A stretch of DNA of 64,000 nucleotides from the human T2T-CHM13v2.0 reference genome, Homo sapiens (GCF_009914755.1 NC_060925.1); one strand, 5' to 3'. Numbered from the stretch's first letter, positions 1 to 25,698 are shown. Notes: generated by a model from the sequence alone, not told the origin. Numbers and translations are program-made.

Positions 1-393
1 GCCTCCTAAAGTGTTGGGATTACAGGCATGAGCCACTGCACCTGGCCTAACTCCCATTTTAGAGCAGCAACACTTACCTTCCCTGCCACCATCCTCTACT
101 CTGCTGTCAAGGTTGCTATGCCTTTTTCAGGCCTGAATCCAGCCACAGGCTACTCTGCCTTTCAGATTTTGGCCCACGCATCAAGCTCTCCATATTGTCT
201 TCTCAATGCCCCTACTACGAGCTTGAGGTAAGGAAGAAGCCACCTCTGCACCCCACTGCCTATCCAAAGAAATCTTCCTGTCAAACCCTTTGAATCTACA
301 ATTTCTCCATCCTTTCATATCAGTGACCAGGTGGAAGGGTCTTGCATGAGGGGGTTCAAGAATCACATACTTTGTCTCATATATCTCCTCTTA

Positions 394-928
<535 letters not shown>

Positions 929-1935
929 TTAAAATGTGCATCTTGTGCTCCTGTCTCACAACTTACTCTGGTTGCTGCTATCAGTTTGTTTTCGGACCTC
1001 ACTCAAAAATTTCAATTTTTAACTTTCAATTGTAGTCAAATACGGTTAAATGCTGCCTTTGTAGATATGCCTATTTTTTTTTTTTTGCATTCTGGATTTG
1101 ATATCACAGAGGTTTCTATAATCAATATTTCCTTTGCTGTATGCTCATGTACACATACTCACATATATACACACAAATATTTATATACATGAAGATAGAT
1201 GGTTATGCCTATTTTCTTATCAAAGACATTTATTTTTGATAAATTTCAGTTTTTTCTTAATTCTGCCCAGCAGAATAACAAATCCCCTAGAAAAGTACAA
1301 GACTAAGCCAAAAGACCAACTCTAGAAAAAATAAAAGTAACCAGAAAACCTACCCCTAAACTTGGTATCTGCATAGTTTGTTAAAATGAAAGGGAGATTT
1401 GTTATGGTTGAATTTATTATTGAAAAGATGGTGGACAAGATTACAGATCAGACTTGGCATCTAGGCTTGACATTTCCTTAGGAATGCCTTTAGTTAATCC
1501 TGACACATATTTTTATTCAATTAACTACAAATAGTGAATGACATCATTACAGCACCAAAGCTGTATCTTTCCATTTCTTAGTTTGTTGTCTAGAGATTAA
1601 TATCAAATTTTGCATTCCCAGGAAAGAAAACATCACTATTCACCTAGAATTTAAATTCAACAAATAAATTTAATTCAACAAATATTGAATACCTAATTAT
1701 ATGCAAGGCACTAATACAGTGTATTAAAAATAGTAAAAATAAGCAACATTTTTGAGCACCTATTATGTGCCAACTATATGTCCTTCACATGTGTTATTTC
1801 TTTTTCAACACAGCTTTATGGATATATACTTCACATATCATACAATTCACCTATTTAAAGCATACAATTGAATGGGTCTTAGTATGTTCACAGAGTTGTG
1901 CAACTGTTGCCACTATCAATTTTAGAACATTTTCA

Positions 1936-2624
<689 letters not shown>

Positions 2625-2826
2625 TCACTTATCTACCTTCTGTCTCTATATATTTGTATATTCTGAACACATTTTATATTCCTCTACATGTGTTATTTCT
2701 TTTCTTACACAACCCAGTGAGGTAGGTACCATTGCAATCTCCACTATACAGAAGTGGAAACTGAGTCACGAAGAGGTTAAGTACCCTGACCAAAGTTATA
2801 TGGCTAGTAAGTAGCTCAGCCAGGCT

Positions 2827-3152
<326 letters not shown>

Positions 3153-4742
3153 TAAATTCTAGGTGAATAGCTATGTTTTCTTTCCTGGGAATGCAAAATT
3201 TGATATTGATCTCTAGACAACGAATTAAGAAATAGATATAGCTTTGGCGATGTAATGATGTCATTCACTATGTGCAGAATTCATGCTTTTAATCCACTAT
3301 GAAGGAGACAAAGGTCCTTAGAATCTAACATGATCATGATGTATAAGATACATGCAGAAATACTGATAGTAGATACCGCTCTATGCAGGAGACACAGCAT
3401 CACACAGTTCAGGGGTGGAAGAGCACCTGGAAAGTATGAGCAATCAAGGATTTTTTTCTGTAGTAGTTAGCTTCTCAGTTGGCACTTAGAGAATGTGGCA
3501 GAAATTGCGAGCTGGGGTAATATGTGTTCCAGGTTAGGAAACAAAGGCCTAGAGGTAGGAATGAACAGGTTGTTTCTCCGATCCAGTGTGGCTTGAATGT
3601 AACATTCTCAGTCAGTGTATCACTTCCCATTTCGTGACATTAGCTACCGTTTATTTCTGTCTTTTAACGTCAAGCTCTTGACAGGTATTATTTCTAATCT
3701 TTAAGACAACCCTACAGGGTAGATATCATTAGCCTTGATATAGACAAGAAGATTGAGGTTCTTGAGGGGTCATAAGGCAAGTAAGTGATAGAGCCAAGAT
3801 TTGAATAAGTGTCTTTCTGATGTCACATTCCTGCCCTTTCTACTTTATTGTGCTGTCTTACTTAAGGGAGATGGAAAGTTAGGTTGGTGCCATACTGAGA
3901 AAAGCCTTGATGGCTGAGGCGAAAAGTTTTTACTTACCTTGGCAGGTAGAGACATGATAGAGACAAAACTCAAGCTGAACTGTGGAAATACTACTATAAT
4001 CATTTGGGCAGTAGAAATGACAGTCTAAATTAGGAAGGCAGTGGTGCAATCAGACAAAAGGGAAGTACATATAAGAAATATGCATCAGTGGTATTTAGAG
4101 ACTTCATAACTGGGTGGGAGCAAGGCGTACAGAGGAGTATATAATATTTCTGAAACTTTGGTTCTCTTAGTTCTCAGAAGAGTGTTCTGTGACGGCCATG
4201 AACAGAAATACAGAGGAAACGAGGAGGAGCTGGCTTTGTGAGACTGAGGGAGGAAAAATGATAACCTTAATATGGGAGCTGAAGGTGCTGGTGACTTCTG
4301 TATCTATGTGAAGATGGGTAACGGGTAATTGGAGATTTAGTCTAGGGCCAAGATCCAGTTATCCAAAGAGTGGTGAGAGTCAAGGCCACAGTAATCAACA
4401 AAGAATATAAAGAAAAATGCAATCTTAGTGTCTACTAAAAAGTAGGAGAAACAAGGGAGCCATATTGAATACCTATTACCGGCCTAACACTGCGGAGACG
4501 TCTGGGAAGGGCCACAAACCTTTCCACAGTAAACCTCCAATCTTGTTCCAGAGATTAATTACTCTCATGAAACTATATGCAACTAGTACAAAACTTGATA
4601 GATTCAGGGCCAATCTGTAGGGTAAACACAAGAGTAACGGGATATTAGAAAAGAAAGACATTGATGTGCTTGGGGAATTTAGGAGGCGAGGAGAAGACAG
4701 ACCAACACAAGGTATAAGAAGTAGAAATTGTGCATAGGCTGA

Positions 4743-5243
<501 letters not shown>

Positions 5244-5979
5244 AGTACGTGTTTCTTCGTTTTAAAAAAGTGAGTATATTTAATAAGGTGGTTGTTTACA
5301 TTCAGTAAAATAGCGCATGAAAAGCATCTAACACAGGGCTTTAAACAGCAAGACTGGGCAAAACCTAAATAACATTTTCCTTATGTTGTCTTTTTTGCTA
5401 CCACTTGCACCATACGATTACCCACATTTCCTGTCCCCTCCAGTGCAGCTTCCTGGAGACACTTCACACGTATGCAGGACTTCTGTACATCCTACTCAGG
5501 CACAGCTGTAGGCCCTACAAAGAGGGACCATTTACTGCCTCCTGCTGTCATTGATATTCGACAAACATTTATTGAGCACCTACAATGTCCTAGTTACTGT
5601 GCTAGGCCATTTTGGGGTATAGAGAGATAAAACAGATCTTAAAGTCTTCACGACACTTAAAGATGAGAAACAGTCTCTGGGTAAATAACTATCGGAGTTC
5701 AGAAGGTGGACAGAAGTGGTGGGCGGCGAGTCTGTGTGCAGTGAGCACCTAGCGGAAGATGGCATTATTTGCAGAAGAGAGGTCCTTTAAGCCAAGTCTT
5801 GATAGATGATTTCACCACGCGGAGATTGGGAAACGAGGACAAAGATATGAGAAGATATGTTGGCCACAGAGAGCCTCTCAAAGCACTGTTAAAGCAAAGC
5901 CAATACTTAATGGGAGGAAACTCCGTTTTACTTGCGTGGAGTCTTAAGTCATTAGATGCATGCTAAACAGAACTGTAAC

Positions 5980-7170
5980 CCTCGCGAATAAAACGGCCAC
6001 AGTGACAGCAGTGGGTAACGGCAGAGCTGCAACTACTCTGACAGGGGTGACGACTTATTTGGACGACAGTTGGTGAAACATTGTAAACTCTCAGAAGCTG
6101 CCGTTTCCAGACTTTGAGTTCATTCTTGTCGAATCCCCAGCTTGTTTTCTCAGCCCGGGGTGAAATGCGCAGCCAAAAGGCCCAATGAGCGTCAAAGCGA
6201 AAGGGCAGGGGTGGTCTCTTCTGCGGATATACCTTGGCTCCTCCCAAGTCCTACGAGTTTAAACTTCGACGCACCAAACATGGCTTCTTCGCGGTTCTGC
6301 TCCTTGTTTTATTTCGCTCCCACCTTTCGGCCACACTCAACATGGCCCTAACCGAAGGTTGGCATGCCTGTGGCACTGTCTCGGGACAGTTCTCGCGAGG
6401 TTTGCCTGGGCCCGACTGCTCCCGCCCTGCCTCGCGCCGCCGCCACAGCCGCTGCCGCTGGCGCCGCTCCTCCTCCGTGTCAGTTGTTGGGCTGTAATGG
6501 CGACTGGGCCGCCCCTGACGAAGTGACTCCCGGGCCGGGGAGCGGGGCCAGACCTGCGCCAGAGAGAACTGCAGGGAGCCGCAGCTCGGGGGGTGGCTTG
6601 CCCTGAGGGAGGGGAGGCAGCCTTTCCGCCTTGTCTTCCTTCCCAGCGGACCGGCGGATCCCCGGAGCCGGTGCGAGGAGGGCACCCGGTGCGTCCCCGG
6701 AGCGGGGAGGCCAGGCCGGGCAGCCCTGGGGCCGGTCGGGGCGGCGTCACTGCACCCTCCGCCAGGCTCCGCGGGATGCACCGTGGTAGCCGAGGGCGGA
6801 GGCGACACTCTCAGGTGAGCTCCTGTAGGACCTGGCTGGGACCGCGGAGTCTCGCTCAGCCTCAACTGTCTCTGTCCGCGGTCCCGGGTCCCCGGTGGCG
6901 GCAAGAGAGGCGGGGCCGGGCGCGGAGAGTCTTGGCCCTGCTTGGCGTCCCCCTCGGGGAACCTCCCTGGGTTCTGAGGCTTTTCGGGGACCTAGGTTTC
7001 GGGTCCCACCAGTGCCTGCTGAAGACGGAATTTCCTTCCTTACGTGCCAGTGTCCTCCCGCCTCCTCCACCCCTCCTCTAGCCTGCAGAGGTAAGATACC
7101 TCTAGCCTTTGCTGCCCGGAGAAGTGTCCCTTCTTCATCTGGCGATCAGGCGTATTTGGGGAGATTCCGG
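5980..7170. promoter_or_regulatory. CEP350: CpG island / CEP350 promoter
   Basis: Abrupt GC- and CpG-rich stretch in otherwise AT-rich, CpG-poor DNA. It surrounds exon 1 and contains CCAAT (6182-6186), TCTCGCGAGG (6391-6400) and GC boxes (6421-6427, ~6738-6744). Confidence 0.9.
6470..6814 (+). other. CEP350: CEP350 exon 1 (non-coding 5'UTR; start approximate)
   Basis: Strong donor CAG|GTGAGC at 6814/6815 inside the CpG island. The TSS cannot be read from sequence alone. Confidence 0.75.
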
Positions 7171-10100
7171 GGACTGGCTCCAGTGGCAGGGATGATCAGT
7201 TTCTGTTCCTTTTCAGTGGGGATCACATTCTCAAGTATAGGGAAAACTTTGATCTACTCTAGTCTAGCGGCTGCTGAAGGTAGTTTATTCACAGATAATT
7301 TGGGGAAAGATTTAAAAGGCTTTATGTTTTGGAAGTTGTCAGTATTTTCCTCTGCCTTTTAAATGCAGCTCAACATGCTAAGTAATATTTAGCTAATGTC
7401 ACAAGATATGAATTGGAATTTGCCTGGATTTTAAATATTCAGATAGAAAGTTGCACATAGGCATAGATTTTAATGTTTTAATGCAGTAGCAAATCCTTCA
7501 TATGGGAAAAAACAGGTTGTCAGAAATAGTGATCAATATCCATGTACTCCACCTGATTGTTTTGTTTTGATGGTGATCCTTGTTTTGAATTTGGGGAAGT
7601 CGTTATTGTTGCCATGTTAACGATACCTCCTGCCCTGTATTTGAAGAGTTTTAAAAGAAAGACTATCTTTGGCAGAGCTAGTAACAATCTGAAAAGTTCT
7701 GTAGAAACAATGATAAAATACTAAAAGTTGCCCTCCATTCTGAAAATTTCTTCGTTTAATATATTGTTTTTAAACAAGGAAATGCACTGCTAATGACATG
7801 GAATTGTGACTTTGAGGGATTGTTAGACCCATGCTGGAAGTTGCTTCAAAGCCATGGGCGTATAATAATTAGTTTCGGTGTGCTAAATTGACAAATTTTA
7901 TTTAATGTAATGAAATAAATCTGAATCATTTGAACTGTCAGTGCATTAAATTTAAGATACTGTAATCTGAAAATAAACTTCAAGCTAGAATACATTGTAT
8001 ATGTGGATAAATACATGTGTATCTCTGTATCTCTTCATCCTCAGTAGCAAAATTTTGTGTATGTAGAGATGGCAAGTTGTATATGTAAAAAATTTCATAC
8101 GTATGTGAACATATTTCTTTGATTTTCTGAGATAAATTGGTGTGTGTGTCATGTAAGAGCGTTAATACTTAAACAGCCAACCTTCTGTGGGGCAATCAAT
8201 TTATGAATTATAAAGTTTTTGGATTTTTTCCTTCTGCTTCTGATTGTCAGTCTTTTGCCCATTTTATAACACTTCTACCATATATGAGCAGAAGAAAGGA
8301 GATGAAGTACTGCTATAATCAATTTTATTTGTTAAATTGCTATAATTTATAGTGGGAGCAAAAAAGAAGTCTAAAATAACTGACATCAGTTTTTGGTGTG
8401 CTTCTATATACATTATTTTATTTAGTTTTCACAGTGATCTTGTGAAGTAGGTATGGCAGATATCCTTATTTTGCAGTCGTGGAAACTGACACACAAGGAA
8501 GATCATTTATGTGAATGCCTCTCATTTCTGCAGATAATGTGGAATTATTTTTATTTTAAACTAAATATTAATATAGGTGCTCTGGCATTTGGTGTTATTT
8601 TAAAATATTAAAAAATTATTCTATTTTTGTTCCTTTTTACATGCCACTTGCCCCTTATGCTGATGATCGTCAGTTCTTTAAAAACATTAGTATTTTTATA
8701 ACGTTTTGTTAATTATTGACAAGTCATGAATTATGATGGATCACTTACTTCTTTATGTATATACTTTTTGCTTGAACAAGATTATTAAAGTGTAGTTCAT
8801 TTATTATCTTTCACTTTGGATACTCAGTTCTGTCATCTTTATTCTTTCAGTCATTTATACTCTTAGTTATGTAAAACAAACATTCAAGCCACATGATCAG
8901 TAACATAACTGAAAAGTAGTAATATCTTGATGATTTTATTGTTGAGACAACTGATGATTTAAAAAGTTAATTCTCTGCATATAATTGTGATTGTTATTTT
9001 TGCAACATGAGGCAAATTTTAGTGTTATAGTGTAAAAAAATCATCAGATTGCATAGTATTTTTTTCTGTATTGATTTGTTGTTGTTGTTGTTCATTGTTA
9101 TCATAAGTGTGATTTTACATTTACTTGTGGTTATTTTGAGTTATTCTTTGCCTTTCTCATCTGGTCTGTAAGTTCCATGATGGCAGAGATCCTTTAATCA
9201 CTATTATGCACCCAGTGCCTAGCATATGGTAACATAGTCAATAAATACTAATTGAAGAAATTGACTAAAGAATAGTCCCAGAATAATATTTTAAATGCAA
9301 AACAAAACAAAAGACTAGTTCTTAGTTCCTAAGCACACCTCAACTCTTGGGAATATATTCCAGAGATATGCTCAGATTTGCTGGGTAGCAAGGGAATGAC
9401 AGCCTGGGATTAAAAAGCCACTGGGAATAAGCCACAGTGGAAACTTCATTTACTATTTTAATGATTTGCCTAGGTGCTCTGGCAACAGGTTACGGTAATT
9501 TAAAGAAAATATAAACTTTAAGACCCTAACCTGTTATACTAGTACTATAATTATAGCCTTGTAATAACTTTAAGTCACTTCTTAATCTCAGTATTGGGAG
9601 TTTAAATTCTTCAAGGCCAGCTAGTCCAATTCCCATATTTTATACATAAGAAAACAGAAGGTTGTATAGGGGCGATATCTCATGCATAGTTGATTTCATA
9701 ACTGGGAGAAGAATCCATTGCACAGCTGCTAAGTCTACATTTGTTTAATATGTCAGATAATTATAAAATCAGAACATAATTGTGATCAACTTGGCAGTCT
9801 ATTCAGTATTAATTAAAAACTCAAAATGGGCCTTTTTTTTCATGAATCCAAAGTGTTAACTTAAAAATGAATCTGAACCCTTTCCTCTGTAGTTGGGACT
9901 ATAAATTGATACCATTGGAGCAACCTTCTGGAAGGAAATTTGGCATTCCCTATCAAGATTAAAAGTATATATATTGTTTGATAGAATCATTTCCTGCTTA
10001 AAATTTATGTTACATAAATTTTAACAGCATAGGAATTGTATAAGAATGTTTATATTAGCATTATTTCAAGATGTCAATAACATTTATAAATAATTTAAAA

Positions 10101-10846
10101 ATGTCCTAAATGTCTGTTGGTAGGCTAATAGTTAAAAGTCTAGTATTTTTATGCTGTGAATTACTGTGCAGTTGTTAACAGGTTTCAGGGTATCTATATT
10201 TACTTCATGAGCAGCAGCTGAGCATATCCTTCAGCTCCTGGAACCATGCGGTGGACCTTCTGGATTCAAAACCTAACTGCACTACTTTCTAGCTGTGACT
10301 CTTGGCGAATTACTTAAAGTCAACTATAAATTGGATATACTAGTAGTTCTCATGTTACAGGGGTACCATGAGAATTAAATGAGTTAACAGTTAGGCCCTA
10401 AATAAGCATTAATAAGCGCCACATAAGTGTTTGCTGTTACAATTATGTATTGACTTGGAAGAATGTTCATGATATAAAATTAAGTGAAAAAATAAGTTGC
10501 ACTATACTATAGAATATGATTTATTTAAAAAACACATAGACAAATGTAGTTTTGTTTTCATTTTGCATGTGAATAGAAAAAGGTCTATAAGGATAGACAT
10601 TAAACATGTTATTCCTGAGGGAGTGGATGACTTTTCTTTTTTACTTTAGACATTTTTGTATGGTTTTATTGTAAGAATCACTTTTATAATTTTTGAAACT
10701 TTTTTCTAAAAAAAGGAAGTAAATTTTTTCTTCTATTAAATAGTGATATAAATGTATTTTTGAATGTGATTTTTAGAGATCTACACATTTCATCAACAGA
10801 GTGTCTCATAATTAGATCCTGTGTCAAAACATTTGTTGATGGAAGG

Positions 10847-11449
<603 letters not shown>

Positions 11450-11606
11450 CTTTTGTTGGCAGAAGGTTGAAATTTAGGAAAATCTATAATAAATATATTT
11501 GTTTTTCTCCTAGCTTTGTAGCCTTAAGTCTTATTTCTTACTTTACAAAGTAAACCCGTAGGCTAGATCAGTGTTTCTTAAATCCAGTATTCCTAAACTG
11601 TGCACT

Positions 11607-12102
11607 GAAGTAAATCCTCACTTAATGTTGTCCATAAGTACTTGGAAACTGCAACTTCTAAGACCCCAAACACCTCTAATATTAAACATTGAAATAAATG
11701 GGTCCTATGCATACATTTAAGAAATACTAAAAACAAGATAATTACCCACTTATTTCAGTTCAGGATGGCAGGTGGCTGGAGCCTGTCCCGGCAAGTAGGG
11801 CACAAGATAGGCTGCCATTCCATTGCAGGTAGCATTTACAGACACACACACACCCACCCACCCACCCACATTCACTCAGACTGGGACCATATAGACATGC
11901 CAATTCATGTCAGTTCACCTAATGCGTGCACCTCTCTGATGTGGGAGGAAACTGGAGCATACGGAGAAAAGCCACACAGACATGGGGAGAACATGCAGGC
12001 TCCACATAGATGGTAGCCCTGGTGGGGAAATCAAAATTTTTTTCTCATCAAAATTGTGAAGAAATGATATTGAATGAAACTATGTTATGGAGGACCTGCC
12101 GT
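11607..12102 (-). mobile_element. MER6-family (TcMar-Tigger) DNA transposon
   Basis: Contains GGGAGGAAACTGGAG...CAGACATGGGGAGAACATGC, matching recalled MER6 consensus, and ends GAGGACCTGCCGTA. Confidence 0.75.
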
Positions 12103-12648
12103 ACTGTGGAGCACCATAGTAACTCACCTGGACACTATGCATTATTTGAGAAATTTTAATGGAAACAGCAATATTGGATAGCTGTGGGATATTTGACATC
12201 TATAGGACACTACTCAAACTACCAGTTTGAGATACCACACAAGAGATTGTGTTCCATTTTTTTTGATGACACTGTGTCTTCCAAACGCTAGGTTTTGGGA
12301 GTTTGCTGTGATAAAAAGCAAGTACTATGCAAAAATCAATTTGGAACAGTAAATGAAGGTGGTGGTGTCCAAAATGATTTCAAGATTTGAGAACTTGTGT
12401 AATATCTAGTAGGTACACACATCCTATTAAGTAGTTGTGGTAATTTAGTAATAAAAATATTTATTTCAATTTATACATATTTATTTTTCGATCTGCTACT
12501 AAGTTGGTAGGCTATAAATACTTTTTAGGTTGTGGACTGAACTACTTAGTAAATGGAACTGTTAGGTATTTTTTTGGCCTAGGGGTTCCATGAAAAAAAT
12601 AACTGGCATACTGAGGGGTCTGTGAACTGAGAAAGTTTAGGAACCTCT
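12103..12648. mobile_element. hAT-Charlie family fragment (interrupted by MER6)
   Basis: Terminus GAGAAAGTTTAGGAACCTCT and internal similarity to recalled Charlie consensus. Confidence 0.6.
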
Positions 12649-12834
12649 TGAACTTTTGACCAGGACACCTATATATATTTTCCATGTTCTGTGCTCCCAA
12701 AGGTTGATTTTTTACATTTATCTTTATTTTTTATTTTTTTAAATAAAAAGAATAGATGTGTGTTATACGTGTATGTGTATACATATAATGAATCAAAAGT
12801 TTCACTTTTCAAAGTTTTACTTTAAACAGCCTCA

Positions 12835-13141
<307 letters not shown>

Positions 13142-13359
13142 GCGCTCACTACCTTCAATACACTTGATATTTGCAAATCAATCCTATTTAGTTCCATTAA
13201 AAAAATGCTAGCTCCAATCCACGATATTGTTTTGTTTTGTTTTAATCTACTAACGGGTCATGACTACACACTTGATAATATGATGCTGGTTGACTCCTAA
13301 CGTCCAGCTTTAATACGGTTTGTTTCTCTGGTTAGTTATAAATGAAGTTAGACTACGCT

Positions 13360-17140
<3,781 letters not shown>

Positions 17141-17149
17141 TTCTAATGT

Positions 17150-18760
<1,611 letters not shown>

Positions 18761-19084
18761 AGACTATACTTTATACAATAGATCATCTCTGAAAATGTGT
18801 ACAGTTGCTCTATTTTTGTATGATAAGTTATTAAATGTTATAGAGCAATAATGATGTAAAGAAGACCTTTGTACAAATAGAAGGATATTTTTCCAAAGAA
18901 AATCTGATTTATCTTTGATTAGTTTGGGTTTTGGTGATTTTTTTAAAAAGCCATTTATAGTTTTTGTTGTTGTTAGTGGGCTTGTAGAAGTTGTTTCTGG
19001 AATTGTGGCACCCTCCTTTTTAAAAACTATATCTAAAAATCAGTGATAAGTAATAGTAATAGCACTGGCTATAACTTAATGTTT

Positions 19085-19386
<302 letters not shown>

Positions 19387-19702
19387 TTCATTTCATTCAT
19401 TATTTCATGTCTAAATTTTAAAAGTGAAAATATTTTATGAAAGAATTTATTTTTAATTTTGAGATTGTTTTAAAATATAAAATATGTATGCACACGTATA
19501 CTTATTTTTTTACGTGTTACCGTGTAAGATATTTTCTGCTTAGGAATGTCTAACCTTTTCATGTTATATGAAATACCTGGCTTCATATGTGTATTTGTGC
19601 CTTTTTGCATTTAAGAATTGGATTCTGAGACTTATCAATGGTACTGTCATTTGGCAAACAGGTCTGGAGCACTCAATGTGGCTATATACTGTGCGTGAAC
19701 TA

Positions 19703-20161
<459 letters not shown>

Positions 20162-20263
20162 TCATTAAAGGCTTCCAATGAAAGAAAAATTGTTTCCATT
20201 TCCTTAAACAGCCTCTCAGTTGACTAAGTTATTGAACGTGGAAGGAGACTTTTGAAAATTATC

Positions 20264-21265
<1,002 letters not shown>

Positions 21266-21344
21266 AAATTATTTCTTTTTTCCTTGAAGTTTTCCTCAAA
21301 AAGTGATCAGTGTGTCTGCTTTAAAAAAAGAATTCGGAAACAGA

Positions 21345-21478
21345 AGCTGGGTGTGGTGGTGTGTGCTGTAATCCCAGCTACTTGGGAGGCTGAAGTGGGA
21401 GGGTTGCTTGAGCCCAGGAATTCAGCAAGACTAGCCTGGGCAACAATGAGACCCTGTCTTCTAAAAAATAAAAAAAAT
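21345..21478 (+). mobile_element. Alu monomer (FLAM-like)
   Basis: Single arm with A tail. Confidence 0.75.
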
Positions 21479-22509
21479 ATACACTGAAAAATCTACTTCC
21501 TATCCTGGACCCTCACTTCCTCTCCTTGGAGTTAACTAATAGTAACACTTTCTTATGTATAAGGGAAAATTTTATAGTGAAACTTTTATACTTTTAGGCA
21601 AAAAATAATCCTGACTTGCAAACTGTAAGACACCTTTTTGTAGATATATTCCTTGAAATTAATTTAGAAAAGTACTCAGGATAACTAGATAGTGAGTAAG
21701 CAAAAGTGTAGACCTATTTTTAGGGCTCCCCCCTTCTTTTGGTTATTTCTGGTCCTGTTTGCTGCCCTCAGCTCTCCTAAAATAAAAAACTATGGGTGTC
21801 TTGTTTACGAAGTTTAGCTCTTTATTTCATCAGTGTGGGACATTGTGTTCTCTTTTATCCTTACTCTACTTCCTATGCTGCAAAGGCCAAAATAGTACTA
21901 ATGTTACATAGTATCTTCTGGATTTCCTGGATTACAGTAAGTCACTCAGTTTTTGTAAAAGTAGTTTTTGAGGTTTATATTTTATAAGTAGAAACAGGTG
22001 AGACTAAATTCTCAGATTAGTGGTATATTAGACTATGTTATAGGACTGTTGGTTATTCTGGAATTTACTTGGAACAGTGTAATAGATCTGAGTTATAACT
22101 GAGTATTTTCCACTTTTTTGTCTGCTGGTCCTTACTAAATTTACCATTTGTCCATTTTATGTTGAGGATAGATAGTAGGAATATTGCAGAGTTGTCTTTT
22201 CTTAACCTTTCAGTTAACTTTTTCTTAACCTATCATAGATCTGATATAGATCAGAGAACTGAAATGTAGCAAAGGTGTGGAAAATATTCTAAGAGCCAGA
22301 ATGAAGTCATTTTTTTCATCTTTTGTCCCTTAATGCCTGGCACTTAGTAGGAGGCCAATAAATATTGAGCAAAATGAAACTATGTGATTGGATGAAAACA
22401 CTGTCAATACATGTGAAAGAAAAATTTGCTGTTAGAAGATAATTGAGAATTGGCTATTTCACAATGTCATCTTATATCTTACTTGTGTATACACACCACA
22501 GGTATAGAT

Positions 22510-23622
<1,113 letters not shown>

Positions 23623-24144
23623 GGTAGTATAGATTATAACTTCAGAGTAGAAAAGAACCTTACAGGTCATATGGTCATCTCTTCTTGAGGTCACCTTTTC
23701 TTGTAGTTGTTTCTGGTTTATGCAGCTGGATGACTGAGATAAGGAATACCTCGTTTGTTTTTTGTGCGATAATGAGCTGGCTCTTGGAGATGGTGAGTTT
23801 AATGTGCCTTTCAGATTTCTAAATAAGCAGTTTGATATGTGGGTTAGGATATTAGAGGTAAAATCTGATGTTTTGGTAGTCATTGGCATGTAGGTGGTTT
23901 TGAAAGCCTTTTGCAAGAGTGAGGTCGCCCAGCGAGAGAGTATAGTGTTAGAAGCAAAAAAGCTGAAGGTCAAATCCTCCTGAACTTCAAGGTTTAAAAG
24001 GCATATGGAGAAAGACTAGCTAGTAAAGGAGACTGAGAAAGAGAACTAGAGAAGTGGGAAGATGTATGTATTGTATGTATGGAGTGTTGTGTATAGAAGT
24101 CAAGGGAAAAGAGTATGTATGGAAAATGTGTGTATGGAGTGTAG

Positions 24145-24839
<695 letters not shown>

Positions 24840-25698
24840 GCAATAGGTACAACATTTTTAACAAGGCAAATATGTTTTCTAAGTTGTAGCCTGATAATCA
24901 GCAGTGGTACCCCTCTAGTAATTCCCGCAAATAATCTATGTACATCATTCCCTTTTAAGAAACACTAACATTTTTTGTGAGGTTGAAGCCATAGACCTAG
25001 TAGTCAATCTTTGCTTTGCATGGGTAGCTGAGAGAAATGTCTTCCCTTCTGAGTAGTTTCTGCTGTTCAGTGAATCTAGATGGCAGTGTTTTCATTGTTC
25101 CAGTTTAACTGTTAATCACCCTGTTCCTGTCAGTGAGTGTATAAATGAGTATCCAGTAACGTTTATATGTATTTCTTATACTTTTTTTTAGTGTAATCAT
25201 AATTAGGCTTTTACTTGGTGATAGAGCAGTAGTATTATCTTTTACTCCAGTTTTCTGATTTATTGCACATTAATGATGACATGCCTTTATCAAACGGCTC
25301 CCATTATTTCCATGACATCATATATTTAGCTTATTATGTGACTACTTGTAGCGCTTTTCTTTGCCCTGTTATCAGCGGGTCAAATTTTGTGTGTGTGTTC
25401 CTTGTAGTTTATTTTACTATGTATTCTTACAGGCTACTTGCAAAATAGTATGTGAATTTCATTTCCTTATTTTTCATTTCTTTTCATTTTCTATTTTTTC
25501 AATTTCTTTTTCTCCCCCTCATTTACTGCCGTAGTGATAAATATGTTAATTGTTCCTCTTTCTTTCTTATGAGTGGTTTTGCAGCCTGGCCCTTTAACTA
25601 CCTCTTCTGCTTCTGAGATCATGTTTCTTAACGCTTCTGTTGACCCATCATACCTCCTTCTTCACCATTCATCCTTCCACTGGCAGCTGTGCCTTTGA

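Noticed and set aside
121-232. Possible exon bounded by TTTTTCAG and GAG|GTAAGG upstream of the promoter
   Set aside because: Motifs alone are insufficient; no linked promoter or recognisable product.
6251-6904. 217 aa minus-strand ORF and other long ORFs in the CpG island
   Set aside because: The 217 aa ORF starts at TTG, not ATG. Low-complexity Pro/Arg/Gly content is expected from stop-poor GC-rich DNA, and there is no recognisable domain.
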